From NCBI RefSeq assembly GCF_004010195.1, contig NC_057718.1, positions 66,684,481 through 66,748,480 of the forward strand: 64,000 nt of DNA. Reading direction: 5' to 3'. The position numbers and the translations under genes are program-made. Below the pieces are notes generated by a model. That model searched no databases and had not been told where the DNA came from. It saw nothing but the letters and a program-made list of their open reading frames with translations. Of this stretch, positions 39,675 to 52,079 are shown piece by piece (within the stretch, counting starts at the first letter, position 1; each line of letters opens with the position of its first letter). Origin of the DNA: Chiloscyllium plagiosum. Lineage: Eukaryota.

Positions 39675-40415
39675 TCGGAGGCTGAGGGGTGACCTTATAG
39701 AGGTTTACAAAATTATGAGGGGCATGGATAGGATAAATAGACAAAGTCTTTTCCCTGGGGTGGGGAAGTCCAGAACTAGAGGGCATAGGTTTAGAGTGAG
39801 AGGGGAAAGATATAAAAGAGACCTAAGGGGCAACGTTTTCATGCAGAGGGTGGTACGTGTATGGAATGAGCTGCCAGAGGATGTGGTGAAGGCTGGTAAA
39901 ATTGCAACATTTAAGAGGCATTTGGATGTGTATATGAATTGGAAGGGTTTGGAGGGATATGGGCCGGGTGCTGGCAGGTGGGATTAGGTTGGGTTGGGAT
40001 ATCTGGTCGGCATGGACGGGTTGGACCGAAGGGTTTGTTTCCATGCGGTACATCTCTATGACGCTATAAGAGGCATGGATGGGGTGAATGCACTGAGTCT
40101 TTTTCCCAGAGTTGGAGAATCAAGGACTAGAGGACATCAGTTTAAGGTTAGAGGGGAAAGAATAAAAGGGAACCTGAGGGGCAACTGTTTTATACAGGGT
40201 GGCATGCATATGGAATAAGCTGTCAACAGAAGTGGTTGAGGCAGGTACATTAACAACATTTAAAAGGCATTTGGACAAATACATGGATAGGAAAGGATTT
40301 GAAGGATATGGGCCAAGTGCAGGGAAATGGGGTTAGCCTGGACAGCCATTTTGGTTGGCATGGACCAGTTTGGGCCAAAGGGCCTGTCTCTGTGCTGTAA
40401 GACTCTATGACTCTA
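39675..40415 (+). mobile_element. Two tandem CR1 3' ends
   Basis: RRLRGDLIEVYKIMRGMDR...RVWNELP, followed by a second diverged copy with ctctatgactct tail. Confidence 0.92.
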
Positions 40416-41259
40416 GAATACAAAATGTTGCTTGACTGTCCCATGGATTGAAGCATTAGGCACAAAGATAAGCCGTTTGAATTATGAAATGGCTAACTTT
40501 GCGCTGGTTAAGATTAAAGTGAACCATGGGAAATTTGCAACTACAATAAATTGGATATAAATATTCAATTCTTTGCAGCATGGTCCCATCAAAGAAGACT
40601 CAGTCAAAGATGTCTTGCCTTGGAAATGTATCCCATTATACAACTCTAAAAGTGAAAATCACCATTGTCCCAGAAGACCACAGGCTTCTCTCCAATTGGA
40701 GAGACTTGACTGATTACAAGTTGATCCTGAAGGTGACCACTCTGCAGATGATGGACGAGGTTGAGAAGGCAAGATCCTCATAGTGACTTCAAGCAGTATA
40801 GGAATATGTGGCTAACAGAAGATAGAGCACTGAATACATGAAATCGTATTATGATGAATTGTACTAGCAGATAAATTCCACGATTGGTATGGAATTTTCC
40901 TTCCTTCTGCATTAAATTGAATTTCTTAGAACTAAGATTTGCTGTCTTTCTGAAATATCAAATCAAAGGTAGTAAGGTTAATTGAATAAACTTTCTTAAA
41001 AGCTTGCAGATCTTCTGATAAGATGTACATGTGATATACACTTTTGATCTTATTTTACTTATATTTATCCCATAATAACTAAGCTGAATTACGATTTTGG
41101 TGTGCTGAAAGGGCTGCATTGGGTTAGTCTGAACATACTCTCCAATTTCTCATGCGCGACTGAAATTTAAAATGCGCTAAAACCCCCAATACTAAAGATT
41201 ATAAAAAACTTTTGACCAATGTGGAACTGAACTATACAAGGTTCATCCCTGTGTAAAAA

Positions 41260-41372
41260 GGAGAAAGTGAGGACTGCAGATGCTGGAGATCAGATCTGAA
41301 AAATGTGTTGCTAGAAAAGAGCAGCAGGTCAGGCAGCATCAAAGGAGCAGGAGAATCGACTTTTTGGGCATA
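41260..41372 (-). mobile_element. Penelope terminal-repeat fragment
   Basis: Same as 4172-4270. Confidence 0.85.
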
Positions 41373-41876
41373 GGTCTGGAGGTCTTTGCTTTAATTTCTC
41401 CTCTGAACTGATATTGTCTCTAGTGAGGGAAACATCAGTTGAATTTGCTGTCACAACTGCACCAGCACATCTGGATATACAAGGAGCTAAATCGTTACCA
41501 CTCATGACCCTCAGCTAATGATTTGCACATGAAAGTGCACTTGTAGGTAAATTACATGAAGGGCAGAGGCGATGCTTCTATTGTCTAAATAGCCTGGTTG
41601 CATTTACAGTTTAGGAACCTTCAGGAAGAATGGAATTTGAATGAAATGAAACTGCAGAATTGTTAGCATTATTTTAAACAGAGGAAAGGGAAAGCAGCAG
41701 TTCCGCCAGTTTCTGATTTTTTTTTTGGTGCACACGGCTCGTTTGCATACTTAAACCTTCTACTTGCTGTATATCCAGAATATGAATATCCATAACAGAA
41801 ACAAAGTACGAACACTTTCATTATTCAATGATATAAAACTAGCAAGATATGTATGTATCAGTCTCAAATTATAAAC

Positions 41877-42130
41877 CTTGGCATCTTCCATGCTTCCCGA
41901 AATCCCCTTAAATGAGCTCCACAGGCCTCATAGAGAGCACTTGTCCAGTCTCCCATGGCTCTCATATGAATGCTAAAGTGGTCTTCTTCAGAGGCAGAAG
42001 TTAATGTGAATGGATGCCATTCATATCGAGATATTGAAGGACAGTGCAGGAAGATGTACTGACCAGCTTTCATTTTAAAGCCTTGTTTTTTCATTTGAAG
42101 CTCAAGTACCCTGGAGGGATGTACAATCAC
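41877..42130 (-). CDS. NOX3: NADPH oxidase 3-like, exon 9 equivalent (FAD-binding HPFTLTS)
   Basis: VIVHPSRVLELQMKKQGFKMKAGQYIFLHCPSISRYEWHPFTLTSASEEDHFSIHMRAMGDWTSALYEACGAHLRGFREAWKMP(R). 254 nt, gacAG / GTttat, phase 2 joins exon 10. Confidence 0.95.
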
Positions 42131-42822
42131 CTGTCCGTCAAAAGAAAGGTTCTTAATATAAGTAGTCTTGTAAGGTATTGTACATAGTTCTTATATTTAC
42201 AGTAAAGTCAAAATTTCATCAGTTCTTAGGAGATATTGCTGAATCTGAACTTGGGAAAAGTATAATGATAAATGCTCACTTTTAATTAAGTTAAACATTT
42301 AACCAAGTCTTTAAAACCCATGCTTAGTATAGCCATCATTACTTCCTGATTTACTTTATCTTCATTTTTTTCTCTTTAGTGACTTGTGCGATAGAGTCTC
42401 CCTGATCATCTATAATATTGATGTGCAAATTATTTGTTCACTGTTTTTATATTTATTATGCTGACTATAATACAGCTCTGCTTTATTCATCAGAGTATAA
42501 GGAAACACGACAAACTAAATGTTTAAATGTAAATGACCTTCCTGTGACATTTGATAGAACAGCAACAGGTTCATTGATTCAGAACTCAGAGGCCACATGC
42601 ATCACTCATGGTACTACTTGACACCCAGTTAGATTGGGGTTTATCACTTCTTAATCTGGCTGATAGGTCAGATAAATTTTAAAAATGCATATAGCTGTTC
42701 ACCAAAGAGGAAGGGAAATGCTAAACTGTCAGGTGAAATAATTTCTGAGCACAAAACAAGTAAGATATAGGTATGTAAAGAAATACTTCAGTCAGAGTAA
42801 GATGTTACCAAGTAGTTTTTAC

Positions 42823-42915
42823 CTTTGTAATCACGACTTTTTGCAGAGATCTATAATATCGAATCAATCTTTCACAAATGTACAGAAAAACAGGACCCAA
42901 AACCCATTTCCAAGT
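42823..42915 (-). CDS. NOX3: NADPH oxidase 3-like, exon 8 equivalent (sixth TM helix)
   Basis: [31 protein letters not shown]. 93 nt, ttttcttttcAG / GTaaaa. Confidence 0.94.
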
Positions 42916-44454
42916 CTGAAAAGAAAAAGTATAACAATTGTTGAAACAAGCTCAGTATAAATTGGCACTAGAGAGATTGCCTCACTGTTGGCTAATACAT
43001 TAAAGTTGCTTCTGAGCTGTATTAATTTTTATAACTTTAATGAATAAGTAGTCATGCTATACAATTTACAATTGAAATGCAGGTATTGCTCCAAGCATTC
43101 GTGCAAAGGCAATTTGGAAGAGAAATAGAAATAGAGAGATAGAGAAAGAAACGGAATTCGTGATGGGAAAGAATTAGAATACAAATTTGAAATAGACAGA
43201 GATATATTGAGAATTATAGGAAGAGAAGAGAAACAGGAAAAATAAAGAAGAAAGATCAAACAGAAAAAGAGAACAAGTTATATTTGGAAATGGTTGCAAA
43301 AGTCCTCGAGAATTTATTCAATGAATGAAAGTGTAGGTATGTGAAATGACAAACATTCTCCACCTATGAAGTTATAAACAATAGTTTAATTGATTATAGA
43401 CAAGAATAGTGAAATACTAAGTGGATATGCCATTGCACTGCTTTCATAGAAATACAGGAATTGCTCGAAGAAAAAAAGGACTACAATCAATCTAGATGAT
43501 TTTCAAACATCCTGGTAGTTATTTAATAACATGATCATGGATTTGTTGACTAATCATAGGAGTTAGTCTCAATGCATTAATGAACATCAGACCCAGGCTT
43601 GAGACAAGGAAGGCCATGGTAGTGCAGAACTTTGAGAATCATAGTCATCTTCAATTATCATGTGATAATCAAATTTTCCATGTCATAGACTTCTTTCAGA
43701 AAACAACATTCTATATCATTTAAATTTGTGAGTGTTGAAATGGCTTTTCATCCTTAAAATATGATTGCTTTCTGACACCAACTGGAGTGATGATGATCAG
43801 GCTGACAGAAAAACTCATCTGAAATGCAGAAAAATTATTTAAAGATATACCTGCAGGAATGAGACAAATTTCTGGGCCTTTCAGGCTGAGTCAGAACCAT
43901 GAACCACATTGTGACCAGGGTCCTCTAAGACATTAATTACCGTCACTAAATGGCTGCGGCAGGAAATGTTCATTTATAATGTGTCATAAAGGTCAAGCTT
44001 AATATTAGGTTCAATGGTACAGGCACTGCGAGGAAACAAAAATATCAGTTTTGGAAACTAGTGAAGGAATGTTGGATTTGCAGAGAATTTGAACTTACAT
44101 GGTTGGATTTTCACCGTTCACATGAGTAGCTCAACTCAGGAAATTTCCTGGCTCAGCTTCCCTGTCTCAGGAAAATGTGCTCTAAGCAGGATGACATTTG
44201 GTCTGGGAAATGGGTGTAAGATGAAGTTGGGTGCCTTGTCTCCAGCTGCAGGTTGAAGGTAGCCATAGCACTTGCCACATGCATTGCCAAGCAGCAAAGC
44301 TAGTTATTTATAAAGTCTGCTTTGGTTCTCTGCAATGTTGTCCCAATTGTTTGACAACTGTGTTATTTAACCTCACAACTCCTTATACCCCACCACTCCC
44401 TATTCTACAGGCATGCTAAATCACGTCAACCCATTAAAGATCTGCGTCCCCTCA

Positions 44455-45068
44455 AGAGGAGCCTCTTGGTTCGAGATCGACAAATGTGGTCTATTCAAAA
44501 AGCAAGGTTCATTAGTTTATTGAACTAATGAACCTTGACGCAATTCTATTCAGCAACACAGAGATTGAAGTTTCTGTGTTCTGTGATGAAGTTGTTCAAT
44601 TACATTTGAAAATTAGACATTATTTATATGTTTTTTAAGAAATAGTACAGCCTTAATTACAAGAAAGACCAATTACATATAATAAGGTGACATGATTTAC
44701 AGCAAATTATTCCAATGATATTTCCTGGGAAAGGGTTCTTAATTACAAGAAAGGTCCAAACAACTGTAATAAGGTGACATGATTGAAGACAGGCTAATCC
44801 AATGGTATTCTATGCTAAAAGATACCTTATTTACGTAAATTATCATGCCATGTACTGGTTTAAGGTTTGTTGAAACGGTCAATTAATATGTCAGTATTCA
44901 GCTTTTGAAAACTCTATTGTCCTCTTATCTTTGAACTGCAACTTAATTCTGCAAATCAGCAGTATGGTTCACAGGCCATTTTATAGTATTCTTTTAAATC
45001 GAGAAACCATTTTGTTCTAATAAAAAATCTACATATTTTGTTGCCTAAATTCAAATTTTATATCCTCA
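44455..45068 (-). promoter_or_regulatory. ERV 3' LTR (U3 repeats, TATA box, poly(A) signal)
   Basis: Starts TGAGGA directly after PPT AAAGTGGGGAA and ends near TCCTCT (imperfect inverted terminus). ~86-bp direct repeat (44652 and 44738: cttaattacaagaaag...taataaggtgacatgatt), TATAAATA 44628-44621, AATAAA 44521-44516. Confidence 0.75.
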
Positions 45069-45227
45069 TTCCCCACTTTGGTCATTCTATGACCACACCA
45101 TAAAGGCATGGATCAAATTAATCCAATTCAATGGCAGGAAAAGACTGCCATACTTCCTTTTCCTCCGAAGGGGAACCAAGGGCAGGCAATGATGTTTCCT
45201 CATCATGATTAGATTAGATTAGATTAG

Positions 45228-45520
45228 ATTAGATTACTTACAGTGTGGAAACAGGCCCTTCGGCCCAACAAGTCCACACCGACCCGCCGAAGCGCAACCC
45301 ACCCATACCCTTACATTTACCCCCTTTAACCTAACACTATGGGCAATTTAGCATGGCCAATTCACCTAACCCGCACATCTTTGTGACTGTGGGAGGAAAC
45401 CGGAGCACCCGGAGGAAACCCACGCAGACACGGGGAGAATGTGCAAACTCCACACAGTCAGTCGCCTGAGTCGGGAATTGAACCCGGGTCTCTGGCGCTG
45501 TGAGGCAGCAGTGCTAACCA
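45228..45520 (-). mobile_element. Young HE1-like V-SINE inserted between ERV env and PPT
   Basis: CpG-rich copy with (ATCTA)n tail. Confidence 0.93.
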
Positions 45521-45559
45521 TGTAGATTTAAATATCTAAATATGTAGATTTAAGTAAAG

Positions 45560-46300
45560 AAAAAGCATGTTCAGGTTGGAACCAATATTGTCAATAGAAG
45601 TTAATATCTTAGCAATAATATGCTTAACTATAGCAATACCAACAAAAAGACCAATTAAAACAATAGTACCATACAAAGACATATTAATTAATCAGTTGTA
45701 CCATGAGCAAAACCCCAATCTTCACATCCCGCACTTTCATTCATTTGGTTGACAAAAGTGTGAATATTATCTATATGTCTAGTAATGTTATCAAAAAAAG
45801 CAGTGACCCTCATAATGCATTTTCCTTTAATTATAACGCAAAATCCACCTTTCTTCGCAAGTATGTAATCGGTTTTGTTGGGCAAATAGGCACAATTCAG
45901 AAAGCATTTCTAATTTCTATTAAGGTATCAGTTGTCTCATTTCCCAAAATTATGAGTCCACCAATGAGATAATTATGGTTTTGATGACTAATAAATCTTA
46001 AGGACTCTCCTAATGAAAGAACACTAAGAGCTGCATATGTCAATGAGTGTGTTTTACTTCTTGATATGGTCTTTGAATTCTTCCATTCTGCACAGAAGTC
46101 AGGAGAATCTGTATGTTTAAAAGGGGAATTATGATTTCATTGCCAGGTAATTGGAGAGGGAACAGAAGTTGGAAATAATGTTCCTACAGCTACGAAATGA
46201 GGACTACTTGCTGTATTCAGGACAAGGTAGTTAGCTGCCTTATTATAACTGAAAAAAATAATATCCTTTTAATCATAGTACAAAAAAAATTTAGGCACTC
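45560..46300 (-). pseudogene. env: Retroviral env remnant (end of SU plus TM)
   Basis: With frameshifts: LGNETTDTL..EMLSEL.LFAQQNR / DYILAKKGGFCVIIKGKCI (ISD plus C-X6-C) ...DNIT..IDNI... WYN*LINMSLYGTIVLIGLFVGIAIVK (membrane anchor). Confidence 0.85.
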
Positions 46301-48139
46301 TAACATAAGCGCACCCCCATTCCTTATTCTTGTAGTAATTTGGATAGGATATTACGGATTTATTGAAGGAAGTCCATAAACAAGTAGCAGGTGGAGATAG
46401 GTAATAACTAAAAAAGATATTATGTCATGTAAATACTTTAGTACTATTCCATTACCCCATGTTAGGATTTGGAAGGATAAAACGGGTCAGGGAGTCTCTT
46501 ACTGAAGTAAACGCATAACAAATTACTTCATCCTCTCCAAAAATTTTATTATGGGTTTCTAGAAACATCCCCCCTTTGTCTCTTTTACTATGTGATCTAT
46601 CTGAAAGGGAATAAGGCTTATCAGGGATGCCCATAGTACAAATGTAATCAAATTGGCACATGACAGTTTTACATGGTAAATACTATTTTCTTGTTCTAAA
46701 TGGTCTTTACCATGAACTGCGAATTTTTTATGCAGTTGACCACTGCAAAAGTCTTTCTTGGAAACATTCAGTCTTTTGGCACACAAGAACTGATCCACAG
46801 TCTCTGTTTGCTCAGGATCGCACAGGCAAACTGTCCCTTCTTATGCACCAATGCTGGCAATGGCAAGTCCACACAGCAGGTCAAGTTCGACCTTTATCAT
46901 CTCCCCCTTTGCAAGGTTGGAGACCGTGAAGTGTCCATTGTAATAAAGTATAAACCATTTCCTCTTTGTATGTAAGTATATACAATATACATATATTCAA
47001 TTAAAATAGGCAGTAGCAAAGAAGTAACACAAACTAATCTGGTAGAGGTCACCCATATTCTGGTTTGAGTATTGCGGGAGTAGTATATTTGATGTCATAA
47101 TTTGTGCCTTTCAGCAGGCTAGAAGCCCTAAGAGCAATTTTGAAATAAATAATTCTCAAATTGATCAAACTCACATCGCCCGTGGGGTAAATATATTGCC
47201 TATACTGGCAAAAAGTTCGTTCATTTAAAATTATGCACTAGCATTCCCTTCCTTCCCATTATTTTCTTATTTTATATGGAAAAACCCAGGCATGGGCCAA
47301 TTAAGCAAATCTATTTTTATAAATCCAGCTTTGCTGGGATGTAATGCTCTTTGAAGTTTTGCTACTAAAAAAAACTATATTATCTAAAATTTAGATTAGT
47401 TCTGCAATATATTGTTTTTTTTTAAAAAAAATTAACATTGTGCCCAATTAAATGGCCTAATCTACAGCTTTGGTTAGTAGTAACTAGAATTAAATGTAGA
47501 AATCTGATGATGACTTTGAGAAAAGTCGGTAATAAATATTGGCTAGAGGGCAATGCTGTCCCCAAATTATGGTAACATGACACAAAGATTTCAAACCACA
47601 CTGAAATTTTTCTAATATTGAGCTAACCCTAGAATATAGATATTGGTATAGTCTTAAAATTATAAACCATCACTGTTCAGTTATAAATATCTAAGTGAAC
47701 ATAATAGCTTAGCCAGACACCCCTTCTTAGATCTAACAGCCCAATCCAAAAATAAATCAAATCAACCAGTGTGTATTCTTACAAACTCCATACACAAAGC
47801 AAAGATATTTAGGCTTAGCGTCCATGTATGAAATCAAATCACTTGATAATTCAGTCAGTAGTATATTGTAGTATAAAGTGCCTGTAAATATTTCAGAAAT
47901 GGAAATTTGCAAATTACTTCCAAATTTCAAAACAATATTGAAAATAATCCAAACACTAAACCTGTATGATTACAGTCAGTGAGCAACAGAGAAATCAACC
48001 TCTACATTGTGAATTTTCACTGAACAGACAGTATCATTCACCCGTGATTTTGCACCTTACCCAGGTCTGGCATACCCATCCTTGTATTGTGTCTAAATGG
48101 GTTTTGCGAGGGACCCAATGGGATCCGAAGTTTGGGGTG

Positions 48140-48415
48140 TAAGGCTACCTGCTTGGCAGCTGAATCTCCTTGCCCTTTACTCTAGAAACAGTATCAGTTT
48201 CATCAGGATGAGCCAGATATCTTGATAAGTGTCAGATTGATTGGACAAAATAGCATTACTATAATGCTGCCCCCTTTGAAGTTAAAAATCTTCAATGTTC
48301 CCACAAGGCTCCAAAATCATGGATCATATTAAAAGCACAATGAAGAGTCAGTGTATATTAGTAGATTTTCCTTTTGATGCGATGAAAGCCTGTCAATTCC
48401 CAACGTCAGCTCCGA
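48140..48415 (-). pseudogene. pol: Retroviral pol RNase H remnant
   Basis: With frameshifts: IYTDS / AFNMIHDFGALWEH*RFLTSKG / AHPDETDTVSR / DSAAKQVAL, the gamma/epsilon-retroviral RNase H pattern. Confidence 0.85.
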
Positions 48416-48429
48416 GGTAACATTAAAGA

Positions 48430-49200
48430 CACATTACTCCATATTGGCCACATTTCAACAGTTAAAGCAAGGGCCAGGCATTTGCCCCTGGGTTTTGATG
48501 TCTTGTTGCCAGTCACAAAGGTTAAATGTTGGGGCCTGCCTGTCCCCATTTTCAGGATCCCCTCGAGAAAGCGTTGTCCAGCAGTGGTCGTCGGGTAGGT
48601 ACATGAGGTAGGTTCCGCCCCCAGTGGGTATCCTGGTTCCAATCAACCCTATCATGGCTGGCATATGGTATTCGGAATCGTGAGGATGCTGAATATAATT
48701 TGTTTAACCTGTAACTTGCATCATGGTTCCGTCTGGTTCTGGCCATCCCATAGGAAAACCACCACTCACCTCATTTGCGACTGGAAATTCCTGGACTGGT
48801 TTGTACTGTTGGTCTGGATCATGTCAGTGACTCCAGCCAGAAAGCATTGCAAAAGCATAGGGTCAAATACAGGTAATTGAGTGTCTTGATTATTGTTCAT
48901 TTGTTTGTCACTTCCATCAGACAGATAGACTCATCTTTCAGACTTGTAACACAAGCCATTCGTATTCAGGCTACTCCTAGAATTTTACTGCATTTGCATC
49001 CGTATCACACTTGGACATACTGAGCAAATTTGGCCGTTTGGTCTTGTAGTCAGGAGCATGCTTCATTAACATTACTCTAGTCCCTAGGATGGGACCCAGT
49101 TTAGGATGGTGCAAGTCACTCATCCCCATGATATCGACTACGAAGACTGAATGCTTCATTTTCAAAAGAAGGAAAAGTTTCAACAAGTGGATGCTTTAAA
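48430..49200 (-). pseudogene. gag: Probable gag C-terminal (CA/NC) remnant
   Basis: Broken ORFs ending in PGPCFNC followed by CGQYG-like sequence, lying immediately before the RNase H remnant. Confidence 0.45.
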
Positions 49201-49231
49201 TTAATGCTGGAGACAATCAGGAGATGATTCA

Positions 49232-49490
49232 ATTCCCTACAGTGTGGAAACAGGCCCATGTCCACACCAATCCTACAAAGAATAAACCATCTAGACCCAT
49301 AATGCACCTAACACAATGGGCAATTTAGCATGGCCAATTCACCTGACATGCACATCTTTGGACTGTGGGAAGAAACCGGAGCACCTGGAGGAAACCCATA
49401 CAGACACAGGGAGAATATGCAAATTCCACACAGACAAGTCGGACCCTGGTATCGCAAGGCAGCAGTGCCAACCACATAGCCACAGGGCTC
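49232..49490 (-). mobile_element. HE1-like V-SINE (partly deleted)
   Basis: V-core and tail similarity to the other copies. Confidence 0.88.
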
Positions 49491-49690
49491 AGCATGTATA
49501 CAGGAACAAAATCCCAATTCTCAAAAAGGGTCAGTGTGCCAGACATAGGCTCAGGATTCCGAGTAGAATCTAAGTTTTTTTTTATTTTACAGTATTGTTG
49601 CTTTAACTTTGTTTATATATTCCTCAATCTTAGTGGCCTTACATTGTTTTCTCATGTCATTTCTAATTTTTTTATACACATATATATAAA

Positions 49691-49713
49691 TGAATGGGAA
49701 TGGTTTTATATAG

Positions 49714-49744
<31 letters not shown>

Positions 49745-49756
49745 CATTCCCATTCA
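49691..49756. repeat. Palindrome centred on (TA)n
   Basis: tgaatgggaatggtttt-(ta)n-aaaaccattcccattca. Confidence 0.9.
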
Positions 49757-52079
49757 CCTCCCCAACTTTTGGGAGTTTCATCTGCCATATATATCTATCC
49801 CTATTCCCCCAATCATCTGCAAAATTTCTTCAACTGGCCAGTAATGTAGCTTTCCATTCTTTAATTAACAATGAATTAATGCAGTCATGTTTTAAATTAG
49901 CCATTAATCAATATGACAGGTCACTGAGAATGTGTGATGGAGTCCTGCCAATTAATATTGATTCAGGCTAATACAATTGATTTATTATAAATATTAATAA
50001 TATAAATAATAATATATAATTAATAATGAATCTTTATAATAATAAATAAAATAACCATTATCTTTAATTCAAGGTGGAAACCCAACAAGTGACTAAAACA
50101 TTTTTAAAACTGTACTCTGCTGCTTTTCCCTCTTATTGCATCATTCTCTTCCCTTCTGTAGTTGATCTCCTTGCCTCTATTTTCATTTTAGCCTCATTTA
50201 ACCAATTTATTAATTTATGCTTGTATAACTTTAAAGCCTGTTCCTAACTATACATTTTGGAATCTTACTTGTCATAATCTGAAAGCTAATTTTAGGCTTT
50301 GAATTTTCAGCGAATCAAAAATTGCAAGAGGAGAATAACTAAATAGGTGATTTGTCTCATTCACTTGTCCTAGTCATTGTATCACATAGCTGTGACATTA
50401 TGGAGCTTGCCAACTCCATGAAATGGGGCAGTGATGCTACAAAAGAAATAATGATTGATATACCACCCTATTCCTCGATATGTTTGGCTGACCCTAATTT
50501 CCAAAGGTTGGAATACTGGGTGACAGCAGTGCCTGCTTAAGTCAGGCAGTAGTCCTTTTTCATTATTAAGGACACCTAATGATATGGATAGAATTCAGCT
50601 TGAATTTTGGAGAGAGCACTGAGTGGAGTGGTACCAAGCATACTTTATGCATTACTGAATGTGGATACATCTGAAGAAGGTTATGGAATATAAATAAGTT
50701 TTCAATTATTTTTGTGGACATTGGAGGATCAACAGAGCTTAGTTCTCATTGTCTTGTTTTGAGAGCGGATCTCCTCTTTGGTAATATATCAATGGTCATT
50801 TTTTAAATAATATATCTGAGTAACATCCAACATTTTATTTTCTTATATAATTTATAAATATATATTTATATATTATATATAAATTGGAAATTCATTTATT
50901 CAGTGTTTAATATTTAAAATGTAAAATGCATCCAGTTCCCAACTTTGAAATCCACTATAATTACACGGTTTTAGTCCCTTAATTTAAATCCAAAATTAGT
51001 TTTCTTAAGTAGTCCTGTCCAGTCATTGCTCAATTACAATGCTATAGGTCGTGAAATAACTGGAGCTGCCTTAAAAGGATTTGTCTATTCAAGTTAAAAA
51101 AAACTACTAATGCATGAATAATGGATGAATCCAAGGACACAGATACTAACCATAAGATTTTTTTTGATGATTTATTACAATCTAATGTTGAACTGAAACT
51201 TCAACTGTCAGTGAGGGAGGGGACTTTCTAAACAAAGCTACGGCTGGCACATCATAATCACCAATGAAACACATCAGTCTTAAAATTAAGTGGAAACAAA
51301 TAAGTCTGAAACACAATATAAAGGTTATAATGTTGTTTTCCTCCGTATTCAATTTCAAATCAGCTTAATAAGGTTGGCTTTTATGTAAGGATAAAAGAGA
51401 TTAGTTAGAAACTAATAGTAAGGCAGTCATGACCTGTAAAAAGAACAGGAGTTAATATTTTATTTCATAATCACTGTAAAATCCTTAATCTTAAAATTAA
51501 TCATGTTAAATTTCCATAATAGAAATCAGATTCAAAACCGTCCCGGATCTCAAGCTCCAGGGAACAAAGTACAAACATTCAATCACCAACAAACAAATGT
51601 GCATTCAAACCGAATCACAAAAGGTTAAACTTTCTATTAGCTGTACAACTTTTTTTTTCTCTCTCTCTCACACACACACACACACCGTATCTCAGTTTTT
51701 AGCTTGGGAGTTTAGTCTGATAGATCCTGGCTGTGGCATCATTGCTTAACCAAGTGTGGAAGAATTGTTACCGCTGGCCAGCCTTATCTTTTAACACATC
51801 AGGAAAGAATAATGGCCACCCTCCATATTCCATAAACAAAGAACAATCACCAAAACGAATAAAAAGCAATAAAGCAAGACAAGCCAAGCTAAACAGATGC
51901 AACAGGTACAACAACATCAATACAGCAGATACATCAGCGAAATTATTATCTTGTCAATGTTGTTGCTGGACTATAGCAGTAAAGTTATTGAGAATTAAGT
52001 GAAACAGCTGTACATTTCAAAGACCAATCAGTCTGTAAGGAAGAGTCTGAAATGGGAGCTGCAAAAAAAATTATATAAT

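Noticed and set aside
38851..39987. Long ORFs of 244-378 aa in the ORF track
   Set aside because: They are artefacts of translating through N runs. The same applies at 60906-61893.
44010..44125. NOX exon-7 lookalikes (GENPTM and cagtgcctgtacca)
   Set aside because: Wrong order, no continuous frame, no correctly phased donor and no IVRGQT motif.
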